A stretch of 64,000 nucleotides of DNA from Lytechinus pictus (taxonomy: Eukaryota): assembly GCF_037042905.1 (NCBI RefSeq), contig NC_087245.1:2480001-2544000 (forward strand). Reading direction: 5' to 3'. The translations under genes and the position numbers were made by a program. A model generated the notes under the pieces. It did no database searches, had not been told where the DNA came from, and saw nothing but the letters and a program-made list of their open reading frames with translations. Below, piece by piece: positions 52,984 to 64,000 of this stretch. Each line of letters starts with the position of its first letter. Position 1 is the first letter of the stretch.

Positions 52984-54852
52984 GCCATGTCTCCTGTCCA
53001 CTCTCCTGCCAGAGAGGATGAACCAAGACATCATAATAGACATCCAAAACTTGCTGGTTTAGCTGATCGACAACCATCCAAGCCAGGAAGTGACAACCTA
53101 ACAAAGAACTCTCTCTTCAAAAAACCAGACATTGATCATTACAAGTCCAGTGTACAGACAGGTGGAACCCGTTGCTTCATCTGCCAAAACGCGATCATTC
53201 CCAATCCAAAGGACTATCCTGTTGCACCTAGTGGTCTTGTTATATGTACAAAGTGCCGAAAACTCGCAAAGTCTGGAAGTCCTGTAGCGATTGGCCCACC
53301 ACCCAAACTTCAAATACCCAGCAGAAATAACCAAGCACGGTCTCAACCTCAGCAGAGGATACCTCGTTCACCTGTCGCTAAATCCCCTGCTGCCAGCCTT
53401 ACTCTCCCTCGATCACCACTTCCCCGATCACCTTCATCTAGGTCTCCAGCTCCTACTTCCCCTAACCCAAACTCTTCGCCTAGTTCTCCTGCAAACACTT
53501 TATCCGCACCTAATTCTCCAGCTTCTACCTCTGGACTGTCTGTGCCAGGTTCACCACGATATTCTGCTCCAAACTCACCAAGGTATTCAGCACCGAATTC
53601 TCCAAGGAATTCAGCACCAAGTTCACCGATATCACGACCACCAGGTTCTCCTCTGCCAAAGCATCCTTCTATAGTAGTTTCACGATCTCCTTTTTTTAGT
53701 TCCAGCTCTCATTCACAGCCACCGTCTCCACATCCTATTGAATCTTCTAGTGGTAGAAGACACAGTATCAGTGGTACACATTTAGAGGTGCATGTTGGCA
53801 CCAGTGCTTCAAAGGCATCTCCCACCGGCAGTATCGGTGCAGTAGCAAGCCCACGGTCGGGATCTACTGCAGATTCCCCCGCCTCAATGGAAAACTTGCA
53901 TTTACCACCTGGTCGAGAAGGTGATGATACAACAATCCGTGCTCTACTGCAGCTTGGTCGTATGAAAGCAGACAGTGAATGGAGATCAGGGCTACATGGA
54001 AACAGAACTCCTGATCAGGGAGATCTTGGGTTACCACGGAATCTTGCAGATATCTCCAAGTTAGACCAAGCTCAGTTGTTAGAATTACAGCACAGACTCA
54101 GATATGCTGGGTTGCCTAGCCGTTATTTTCAGCAAGATTCACATAGATCTGCCAATCCTGATGGTATGGAGACAAAAGTTTCAACTGGCCATCAGTTATC
54201 AAAGTCATCATTGAGTCCCAATAGTGCCAAGAGTGTGATCCAGTTAGGCTATCAAAGAAATGGACCACCCTTAATGAGATCAGAAGGTGTCGTTGGCACT
54301 GCTCTTCCTATTACCGCACTACCATCAACAGAAGATGCACCTTTGAAGATCAGTCGGGTTGCTCGCAGTGCTCAAGGTAGTATGGATCACAGGAATTCTC
54401 TTTCACCTAGCGACCCTCAGAGTAGAATTGAAATGTTGCGTAGGACCGGGCGACAATGTGCTGCATCCCATTTTGAAAAATATGGAAAATACTACAAGAA
54501 AAATGGAAACAATGCAAATGCCATCATAGACCTGTTCCGAGACCGTTATTCTGTGTTCCAGTGCCACTGCTCCAGTAGTGAAGTGTTCTTCATCAGGTGT
54601 CCTGAATGTGATTTCATCTGTAATAGTATATTTGGGATGGAGCTTCATATAGCTGCCCAGAGACATGGTGAAGGTAGTGGACATCCCCCTCCACAACCTC
54701 CATCCAATGATTCAGACTATGTGTGTGATGACCAATCTTGTAAGGATAGCAGAGCCGATAGTGAAGCTTCTCATTCTTCATTTGAAACCCAATCAGCAGA
54801 CACAGAAGCTGAGGGATCAGTCAGCGGCTCACCCCCAAGAACTACCCAAGAG
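52984..54852 (+). CDS. Coding exon 3 (623 aa; C4 finger, SP-rich repeats, C2H2 finger)
   Basis: Acceptor atgcag|GCC at 52983/52984 within ORF 52978..54885; donor GAG|gtaaca at 54852/54853; 1869 nt, phase 0/0. CFIC-x20-CTKC at 53173-53256; CPEC-x12-H-x5-H at 54598-54666. Confidence 0.93.
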
Positions 54853-55253
54853 GTAACAACCTATTCTCTTGTTCCCTTTTTATAATGACTTTTATTTACC
54901 ATAGCATGAACATATAAAATTGTTTGACCAGTCTGGTTATTATGATAATTTCTATAACATTCCTAGCTCACTATTTTAGCCAGTCAAATCAAATGATTTC
55001 AGTTGCTTGAAATTTGTTAATAACAAGTTTTAATGAAATGGGCCTCAGATAGTTCACATTTTCATATAAAAGCATTTCAAAGAGGTAACCCCTTTTAGTA
55101 ATGATTCATTATAAGCAGAGGCATTAATTTCAATGTATCAATTGTTTGAGCAAATCTAATATTTTACTCTTTCATGTCGAGACTTGTTGAGACAGGATGA
55201 GACAAAGCTATGTCTCTACTGATACTCGGACAAAACTTTGATTTCAATTTTTT

Positions 55254-56281
55254 GTCTCACTTGCATAGCAGAGTGAGACTATAGGCGCCGCTTTTCCGAC
55301 GGCGGCGGCGTCATCAACACCAAATCTTAACCGAAGGTTAAGTTTTTGAAATGACAGCATAACTTAGAAAGTATATGGACCTAGTTCATGAAACTTGGCC
55401 ATAAAGTTAATCAAGTATTACTGAACATCCTGCCTGAGTTTCAGGTCACATGACCAAGGTCAAAGGTCATTTAGGGTCAATGAACTTCGACCATGTGGGG
55501 GGGGGGGGGAATCAACATCAAAATCTTAACCTGAGGTTAAGTTTTTGAAATGTCATCATAACTTAAAAAAATATATGGACCTAGTTCATGAAACTTAAAC
55601 ATAAGGTTAATCAAGTTTTACTGAACATCCTGCTTGAGTTTCACGTCACCTGACCATGGTCAAAGGTCATTTAGGGTCAATGAACTTTGGCCAAATTGGG
55701 GGTATCTGTTGAATTACCATCATAACTTCGAAAGTTTATGGATCTGATTCATGAAACTTGGACATAAGAGTAATCAAGTATCTTTGAACATCCTGTGCAA
55801 GTTTCAGGTCACATGACCATGGTCAAAGGTCAATGAACTTTGGCCATGTTGGGTGTATTTGTTGAATTACCATCATATCCCTGTAAGTGTATTGGTCTAG
55901 TTCATAAAACTTGGACATATTAAGAGTCATCAAGTATCACTGAACATCTCATGCGAGTTTTAGGTCACATGATGAAAGTCAAAGGACATTTAAGGTCATT
56001 GAACTTTGGCCATTTTAGAGGTAATTTTTATTAGATTGCTGTCATAACTTTCAAAGTTTATAGATATAGTGTATAAAATGTGGATATAGGGGTAATCAAG
56101 TATCACTGACAAGTTTTAAGTCACATGATCAAGGTCAAATATCAATGAACGTAGTACTATTGTATCATTATATGAATGGTGTTTTTTGTGAATAATTATT
56201 TTATAGTAGTTTTCAAAGTCAGCACTGCTGCTATATTGAATCGCGTGATGCAGGTGAGACTGCCAGAGGCATTCCACTTGT
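55254..56281 (+). mobile_element. Second copy of the same HINE-like family (5 tandem units) in intron 3
   Basis: Nearly identical termini (gtctcacttgcatagcagagtgagac ... atgcaggtgagactgccagaggcattccacttg) and the same repeat unit as 13360-15118; inserted in a T-run. Confidence 0.9.
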
Positions 56282-56886
56282 TTATTTTCTTTTGTTGAAT
56301 AACATTGGGGAATTTGACTGGTTCTCAGCTTTTGTTGCCAGGTGCCCCCCAAAAAGAGAGAAAAAAAATTGTTCCACTACAAGTAGTACAACATTGTTTT
56401 ATTGTCTTCTTGTATCCCTTTGACCATACAGAAAAAATGTTGCTGAGATTTGTGTGATCAAGCCATTTTGCGGTTTCATAAAACACTTCACAAAGTTCTT
56501 TATTTATAACTGTGTGATCTACTTGAATATGTTAGGCTAACATATTATTTTTGGTTGCAGTAATTTTAGTTTCACCCTAATTTGGCAACTTGAATTGCAG
56601 TCACTTTTTGATTCAATGTATGGAAGATAATGGCATAGAGTATTCTTTCTTGCAACCTTATCTTTAGGTCTGTTGAAAAGTAATTTTATGAATAATCTTA
56701 TGACACACCCTGATGTTATTGAATTGAATTCATTTATTTTCCATTTAAAAAAATGGGCAAAATCAAGAATATACAAACATAAAGTATAAAAATGAGACAT
56801 TATACAAATGACGTATCATACTATAAAATAAATGTAAAATACTTTGTTTTACATATACATATTAGGAAAATTGGATGCCCATGGAA

Positions 56887-57238
56887 GCAGTATACTTGTA
56901 GGGTTGCAGTATGCTTGTGTTCAACTTGCATTCCTTTTGTAAAACCTAGAATGTATAGAATTTATTTATTGAAACAAAAAGAGGAGGCACATTTAGGCTT
57001 CCAAGGGTTATAATATTTTTTTTTCTTAATTTACGTGTATGGACATATATATTTCATGTAGGGTTGCAGTATGCTTGTAGGGTTGCAGTATGCTTGTGTT
57101 CAACTTGCATTCCTTTTGTAAAACCTAGAATGTATAGAATTTATTTATTGAAACAAAAAGAGGAGGCACATTTAGGCTTCCAAGGGTTACAATATTTTTT
57201 TTTCTTAATTTACGTGTATGGACATATATATTTCATGA
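56887..57238. repeat. Recent 179-bp tandem duplication in intron 3
   Basis: cttgtgttcaac at 56914 and 57093; copies nearly identical. Confidence 0.95.
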
Positions 57239-57681
57239 ACAAGTAAGTATACATGACACATACTGTATTTTGCATTATACAGGCATTTATTCATATCTCA
57301 GCTGAAATGAATTTGTTTAATATGATGAAAGCAAAATTATAAATTATTGAATATTTATGCTGGTATTAGGGCTGCACGGTCTTTTACATTTGGGTTTTGG
57401 ATTATTGAAAAATTGCAACAATATGGTGATGTATAACCAATGTTCAAATTTTAAAGCAGAGTAAAGTTGGTGAGGCCTGACACTTTTGTGATTCCTTTGA
57501 CCTTGATGGAAAGAATGTTTTGAATATTCTGTTTTGTCTAAAACATTAAAATCTCAATTTTAGTACAATATCATGAGAGATTATGTATTCTGCACTCGAT
57601 TAATATTATTTGGTTATTAAAGTTTCAATGTCATGATATCTTTTCCTCTTCTTTTTCTTCCTTCAATCGTTGTCTCTGCAG

Positions 57682-58962
57682 ACCTCTCAAAATGTTTACA
57701 GTCCTTTACCTGGCAGTATTCCTGAAGCTTGGCAAGTAGCCAGTCGTGCAAGATCTGGAAGTGGAGTGGTGGACCTTGGTTCTACTGTTCCTCATGTCAA
57801 TATCCCCCGTCCTTTACCTCAGGGATTAGGGGAGCATCTGCTTCCACATCATAGGCCTGCAGAGCTTCCCAGCCCCCTAGATCTGAGTGGAAAGCGGTCA
57901 GCTGAGCAGTCACTCTTTGAGCATCGAGAAAGAAGCGGAAGTAGAGTGAGAAGAAGTCATGAAGGCAATGGTCCATTGGATCTGTCTGGCTACAAACACA
58001 TCCAGACTCCTCACAGCCAATTTGTGTCCAGCCAGAGATTGGGATCAGTTGGAAATGTGATTGAAAAGTCCATTTCTACAAGCATTCCCAGTCTTACTTT
58101 ATCTGATTCAGTTTCCCAGATACCACCAGGCATGCAAGCAGTGGGTCCCCCAGGTATTCCATTTGCCTGCAGTGCAAGCACTTCTCAACCACCTTATCCG
58201 ATTCCAACCATGCTCTATCCTTTATCAACTCTAGCAGGTACAATACCTCTCTTAACCCCTATCCAGTTCCAGTCAGCATCTGCACCACCAAGTCCAAACT
58301 ACCCAAGGCAACTAGAAATAGGCCAGCAAAGGCGTTCCTCCTTCTCCTTAGCTCCACCTTCTGAAAGATCATCAAAGAGTGCAAGCCCTGCTCCATCGAT
58401 GTCTTCACCTCAAGAACAGACACGTCAGTCACTGTCCATACCGCAGCAATCGTCACCCAAACCCTCCTCCCAAGGTGCTAAAGGAAAAGGATTGAGTTAT
58501 CAAGGTGGCACAATCACTATCCAACCATCCAGTCTATCCTCATCCATTAATCAGAAAACTGTGACATTAGATTCCCAGTTCTCCCATTCTTCCCCGGCCA
58601 CACCCCAAGGCTCCCATTCCCCTCAGACCCCAATGCCAAGCTCACCCGCACCTCTTCTCTCAAGTACTGTTCAAGCTCAACCTGTCTTGGTCAAAAGTGA
58701 ACCACAAAGTGATGAAGAAACAGACAGAGACAGAGTAATTCCAAGGTTTGGAAGGGATAAAGACACTTCAATCAACAAGGATGATGGGACAGAGAGTAAG
58801 AGTGATATGCCAGCAAGTTTAGAGGGTAAAGATACAGATGCAGATAAGGACAAAGAAAAGGAACAAGAGGTAGAGAAATCTAGTGTTAGTCCAGAAATCC
58901 CAACCTCTTCACACTACAACACCATCCCACCTGTTCAGATAAAAATTGAATCAGAAAATTAG
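57682..58962 (+). CDS. Terminal coding exon (426 aa + TAG; two PLDLS motifs, VKSE and IKIE SUMO sites)
   Basis: Long pyrimidine tract and ctgcag|ACC acceptor at 57681/57682, in frame with ORF 57670..58962; phase 0; stop TAG 58960-58962. Confidence 0.92.
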   Translation, partial: TSQNVYSPLPGSIPEAWQVASRARSGSGVVDLGSTVPHVNIPRPLPQGLGEHLLPHHRPAELPSPLDLSGKRSAEQSLFEHRERSGSRVRRSHEGNGPLDLSGYKHIQTPHSQFVSSQRLGSVGNVIEKSISTSIPSLTLSDSVSQIPPGMQAVGPPGIPFACSASTSQPPYPIPTMLYPLSTLAGTIPLLTPIQFQSASAPPSPNYPRQLEIGQQRRSSFSLAPPSERSSKSASPAPSMSSPQEQTRQSLSIPQQSSPKPSSQGAKGKGLSYQGGTITIQPSSLSSSINQKTVTLDSQFSHSSPATPQGSHSPQTPMPSSPAPLLSSTVQAQPVLVKSEPQSDEETDRDRVIPRFGRDKDTSINKDDGTESKSDMPASLEGKDTDADKDKEKEQEVEKSSVSPEIPTSSHYNTIPPVQIKIESEN

Positions 58963-61460
58963 AAGACATAGTTGATTATACTTAAGGTTGCCCCACTATG
59001 GTGTATAAAACTCTCTCATAAATACAAATCGTGCTTATATTCAGGTTTAAAACAATATTGTCTTTCTAAGCATCAAGAATTACTTGACTTATTTCATCCA
59101 TTTCAAGTGAAGGGGGCATTGAAAATCTCCACTAAATTGTTCTTCCGTATGTTCACTCAAGGTAATATCAATCACTCCATGAACTTTCAATATTATGCAT
59201 ATTGTACTCACATCACTGTTGAAATGTGCAGAGCTCATGTGGAAGGTGAATATGAACAAATAGACTACTTTATAAAGAGCTTAAGATCAATACTGGATCA
59301 AAAGTGTAGTGTGTATCTGATTGAGGATTATCATGTGCCAAGCACTGGGTAATCATATTCATTTGGAACTCACAGAGGGACTATAAAAGAACAAACATGC
59401 ATTTTCATTAAATGCTAGCTTGTAATTTCAGTGAATGCAACATCAATGCACAGAAAATATATCATTGCTGTTTTAAAGATTATTGTGTGCTCTATTTGGA
59501 GTATGCATTAAGAAGGCTGTTTCATGTTTTTTTTTTTTTTTAATTGTGTGGTAGATGGTTACTTGCAGTTTATATGATAGACATCTAGTAATCACCACCT
59601 ATTTTGAGCTGTTGTGATGGTTGTATATGCATATAACATATAAATATACATATCAATATATATATAAAGATATAGAATATCTCTATTTTACTGCTGTTGT
59701 GTTGTATCTGACTAGTAACTATTAGTGTTACCTCGTTTTTATCAATATGCTGCAATGGTATTTTTTTTTCTTCATCATAAAAAAATAAAAAATCATTGAA
59801 AAATGTTGGCAAGGTAGTAGCATTGGTTTGCTTCTCTTTGATGCTATCAAAATCTCTAAAAATAGTTTATCGGATCTGTTTGTCAACAGAACAAAAGTGC
59901 CCCCCACTCCACATTTAAATTACTTTTTAATGTAAAAAAAAATGAGGTGCTATTTTCAGTTGCAATTGTGCAAAGGTATCCCTAACCATATTGATGACTC
60001 CCTTTTTCAAATCGATTCTTCAAAAAGTGGAATTGAAGATAAATCTTGAATGGTGCTTGTTTTTCTTTGTTCTTAATGCTTTTAGTACTTTCTTCATGCC
60101 AACTGCAATGTCAGTAGGGCAATAAGATATTAGAACTCAATTTTATGAAATAAATATAATAACTTAGATGAGTCTCAGTGTTTCCACTTGAAGAGATAGA
60201 GCAGCTACCAATCTATGAATAGTGGTTTCTAGTAAATGGTATGGCAGATTCTTGGTTCAGATTAAAGCAATCAGGTTTTAAAGAAAAGGTTAATTTACCA
60301 TTGCTGCCAATAGGATTCTTGGTTCTGTTATGACAGTAAACTTTTGAGGTCAATTGATATTTCCATGGAAATCTTGATTTTGAAAGGCAAAATGAAACAA
60401 TTTTGGTTATGCACTTAAGCTGTCACCCTCAGAGGAAACTTCATAATATAGTGGGGAAGGTATTTGATTAAGTTTTCAAGCTTTCCATCAATTACATAAC
60501 CCATTTCAATTTAGTTTACTCATGTAAATCAATGCTACTAGCTTTGTCCGGCAAAAAAAAAAGTACCTCAAAAGAAGAAGAAAAAGAAAGTTATGACTTC
60601 ATCACCTGCCTCGGATTTGCCTTATGAATTATTTAATGCTTGATTTTATCAGGGACAATTAACTTGTAGCAAGTTGTGATCTGACAAGGGGTGCTTTCAG
60701 GTATGATGTTAGTGTTGGTTTTGAAAATGAGGGTGCTTCAATGAGTACCAACCGATTATGTGTTTGGTAGTGTGATACCACTTACATCATTCAGCAAGTA
60801 ATTTAATCCTGGCATTAGCCTCATTTCAAGTTACATTTGGTGATTTGTCCCCTTCACTAACACTAGCATTTCACACTGAATTGGAAATTGTTCATGGTGT
60901 TTGTTAGATTTCAATCAAGAATGTTAATGGTGTGGAGAGAACAAAACAAATACAATTGTCTATAGGAGAATGACATTAAGGCATTTAAAGAAAGGTTGGC
61001 CATGCCAATCATCAATTCTACATTTTTTTCTTTTTCTTGGGGGGATGATAACATTTTGTATTATGCAATTTCAGAAATTGTCCACTGTGCTTGACATAGT
61101 AATTGTGTTCTTGGAAAAATACATATTTTTCTATGTGATGGTAATTGTAGTATGAATACAGTAATGTCTGACATTAACATTTCTCACTAAAATCACATTT
61201 GAAAGTTGCAAAGCAAGTAATTTATAATACAGAGAAGACACTTATGTTTATATGATAAGTACATCATTTCAGATCTATTACAACACAAGTCAATTTATTT
61301 TAAGAATTCTGCAAGTTCATATAGATATTGAGATCGCTATAAAATTTGTTTACACTTACTAAGTAACAAAAAATTTGCCCTGAAGAAAGTGCTTTTCCTA
61401 AAGTTAATCAGTATTTAGCATACGATCAATATATTCTTGGTGGTATCGACACATTTGCTA

Positions 61461-61601
61461 CCAGGGCCCAGTAGCATAGGAAACTTAGTATTATGATAAC
61501 TTTGTCATTAGGAGAACTAGCATGGAAAATTTGATTTTGATTGATTGTTCAGCCCTCTTACCCATTACTATGAAAGTCACTTTTTATGCATCAGGGCCCA
61601 G
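61461..61601. mobile_element. Decayed short palindromic MITE (same group)
   Basis: ccagggccc ... gggcccag ends, taactttgtca arm. Confidence 0.55.
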
Positions 61602-62534
61602 ATTCCTATATCACACCTAGGTGTGATTGCGTTTTGTTATATCATCTCACACAACCTTTTTTTATTTTGGTTGCTGCCTCATTATTTATATTTTAGTTTA
61701 TTGTTCATATTTAATCGTCTTCAAGTACTACACATCACTGATAACTCAGTCTACAACAATATCAGTATACTGAATGCTGCTTTAGATATTATAGTAATTC
61801 TAAGATGTGTAGAGAAATCTGGTCTATCCTGTGAATTTGTTACAAGCTTGTACAAGGTCTTGGGTCATAGGTAAATAGAAAGTGTCACTGGTTAAAGGTC
61901 AAAGGTCACACAGGTATTCATCCAATCAGATGTGAGAATCATAATCACCATATGCTACATACAGCTTTCAGGAGCTTTGTACTATAAAGGTTGCAAAATG
62001 TTAAGCTAAGTCCACTGCAAACCACATGCCCAGTCTGTATCTTTATTTGAAATCGATTGCCTTTTGTACGTTTAGAAAGAAAAAACATGTCAAATCATAT
62101 TATAGTTCAGACAGTATACAGAAATGCAGATTTTTTTTTTCAAATATGTTTTTTATTAGGTTTCCATATATTTGGGTTAAAGGCAAGCATTGATTTTTAG
62201 TAAATAAGCCAAATCAGTGTGAAACTTTTAATGACTGCATTACTGCTGAGACCTCACAATGACAAAGAATTGATTTCACTTTCATACCTAAAAGGGTCTT
62301 GCAGTAGTCATGGATATCTATTGAAGCATTCTCACTCAATTCAGAAATGATGCTTATGATTTCCCATGAATACATGTAATTATTATTCATATCAATACAA
62401 TTAATAATATTTTCTGCAAGATATGGTCACGGACCATATCTCTGGGCTTTAGCATTACCCCTTAGAAGTCAGTTGGACAACAGACATGCTTTGCTCTGAC
62501 TGCTTGTGAATTCTTCAGAAATGTTTAATATGCC

Positions 62535-62691
62535 CCAGGGGCCCGTTTACTTACAACTGTTGTAACTTTGCCATAATGGCAACTGACATGGTAACAGGGC
62601 TCAGCAGCCAATCATAATCAAGGTTACCATGGTAGTTGCCATAATTGCAAAGTTAGAACAGTTGCAAGTTCTTTATGAAACGGGCCCCTGG
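62535..62691. mobile_element. Short palindromic MITE with central CCAAT box
   Basis: Perfect 14-bp inverted ends ccaggggcccgttt / aaacgggcccctgg; further paired arms; cagccaatca in the loop. Confidence 0.85.
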
Positions 62692-63512
62692 TCATGCTTC
62701 TGTATCTGATGCACTGCAATGTCTGTGACAGTGGATAAATTTGTCCAATTAACACTCTTGACCTCAACTGCTATTTCTATAAAGCTATGGGTATGATGAT
62801 ACATGTATTCCTTAGTTTGTTTATTCTATTTTGGACGGGATCACCAAAACGGGTTCAAAATTATTACAGGTTTTTACTTATCATAACATTTTAATCATCT
62901 ATGATATGCAAGGATGAGAATACAGACTCTGTTTTTATGACTTTTGAATGATAGAATTCAGTATTTTTTTTAGTGATTTCACTTTATTGCAAAATTGATT
63001 GTAAACACTAATGGTGTACTTATGCATACATTTCTGGCGATCAGGACAGAGTTCTTGTTGTATCAACTTAATTTATATGATAATTTACACCTGATTGATT
63101 TTGGTTCTGCCACATTTTTCCCCTGTAAAAATCAAGTTTATTTCAGATTTCAGTAAATATAAGATTCATGAATAAATACAAGCTGCCACAAACCTAAGTG
63201 ATGTTGATATTTTTCATTTTAATCAGACCAATTTGACAAAATTGATCCCTATCTTCCTGGAAATGTGGGCTTTTTTCTTTAGTTCCCCTAGACAGTTCTG
63301 ATTTGTGAACAAACTAAAATTCCCTCCTTAGTGACCTTGTATCTTGCATAACTTAGGTTTTTTTTACTATTGAGATCAAGAATATCATTGCAAATTTCAT
63401 TTCTTTGTGGCTTTAAACAATTGCAGTGCTCGGCATATTCCTATAAATAGCTTATGGTATCACCGGTTTTGGATTTGCAATTTTTGAGGTTTAACAACGC
63501 AACTGGACTTAA

Positions 63513-63906
63513 AGCTAAATGAACGTAGTTGCAGTAAAACACTGATTTCGTGAGAAAGTCTGTAAAACCAAGGTAAAGTATTGATATATCATCGTGGATC
63601 TAGATCTGGTACAGTTACATAAACTGAACTTTGTGAAATCATAATATCTAGCTAAAAAACGATCACACTGAAGATCGCCGACACAAATAGGCACACGTGG
63701 GACAGTGTATTATTATTGCTGGAATAAAGACCCGACGGAAGTGACCGAATCCGCGCTTATTTTGCTTATTTCTCAGCAATTACACAATTTTTTCCAGAAT
63801 CCTTTGACACATATTTTTTATTCATACAAACAGACACTTTGGTGATCATTATATTCAATTCTGTAAAAAGTCATTTTGAGATCGTTCCCAAAACTGGAAT
63901 TTACCT
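63513..63906. mobile_element. Kolobok-like non-autonomous element
   Basis: TTAA at 63509-63512 and 63907-63910; ends agctaaat... / ...atttacct (AG...CT). Confidence 0.75.
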
Positions 63907-64000
63907 TTAAGAACAAAGTGTTTCAAGCACAACAATTTCTTTAATACTTGTAAAAAATATTAGTGAGAGAAGATTGTATGTCAGATGAATTTGATTTCAG

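Noticed and set aside
526-55509. Poly-G/poly-C runs as functional G-quadruplexes
   Set aside because: Several are MITE termini or simple homopolymers of uncertain length; nothing ties them to function.
52387-58456. Antisense and alternate-frame ORFs overlapping the exons
   Set aside because: Expected shadows of GC-richer coding exons; no independent support.
49249-58962. Assigning a gene symbol (BCOR, TRPS1, ZFPM, PRDM16, Hairless)
   Set aside because: Only short motifs are shared; diagnostic domains of those families are not visible.
58972-59352. 126-aa ORF right after the stop, possible readthrough
   Set aside because: A second in-frame TAG follows two codons after the stop; TTG start; AT-rich UTR-like composition.

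Overview
AT-rich eukaryotic (animal) genomic DNA. The repeat types (tRNA-derived SINEs with L2-like tails, Kolobok/Harbinger/hAT MITEs, Helentron-like elements with central tandem arrays) suggest a marine invertebrate, probably a sea urchin, but the species cannot be fixed from sequence alone. There are no prokaryotic features. One + strand protein-coding gene is reconstructable from four exons joined by phase-0 GT-AG introns: 49249-49311, 52106-52714, 52984-54852 and 57682-58962 (1273 aa from the first ATG; the true start may lie upstream). The protein is mostly Ser/Pro-rich and probably disordered. It carries a C4 (CxxC-x20-CxxC) finger, a C2H2 finger, an NLS and several co-repressor motifs (PVKKR, two PLDLS, a SIN3-type helix, two SUMO sites); I do not recognise an ortholog and interpret it as a candidate co-repressor adaptor. 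The upstream ~49 kb is upstream/intronic DNA dense with non-autonomous transposons. Main non-coding observations: TACATGTA is enriched about 10-fold and behaves as an excision footprint; Helentron-like elements carry arrays of nuclear-receptor DR1 sites; two different MITEs sit at the homologous position of a duplicated minisatellite block; there is an inverted MITE dimer, a MITE with two alternative right ends, and a degenerate Penelope-type hammerhead ribozyme. All counts and coordinates are manual.
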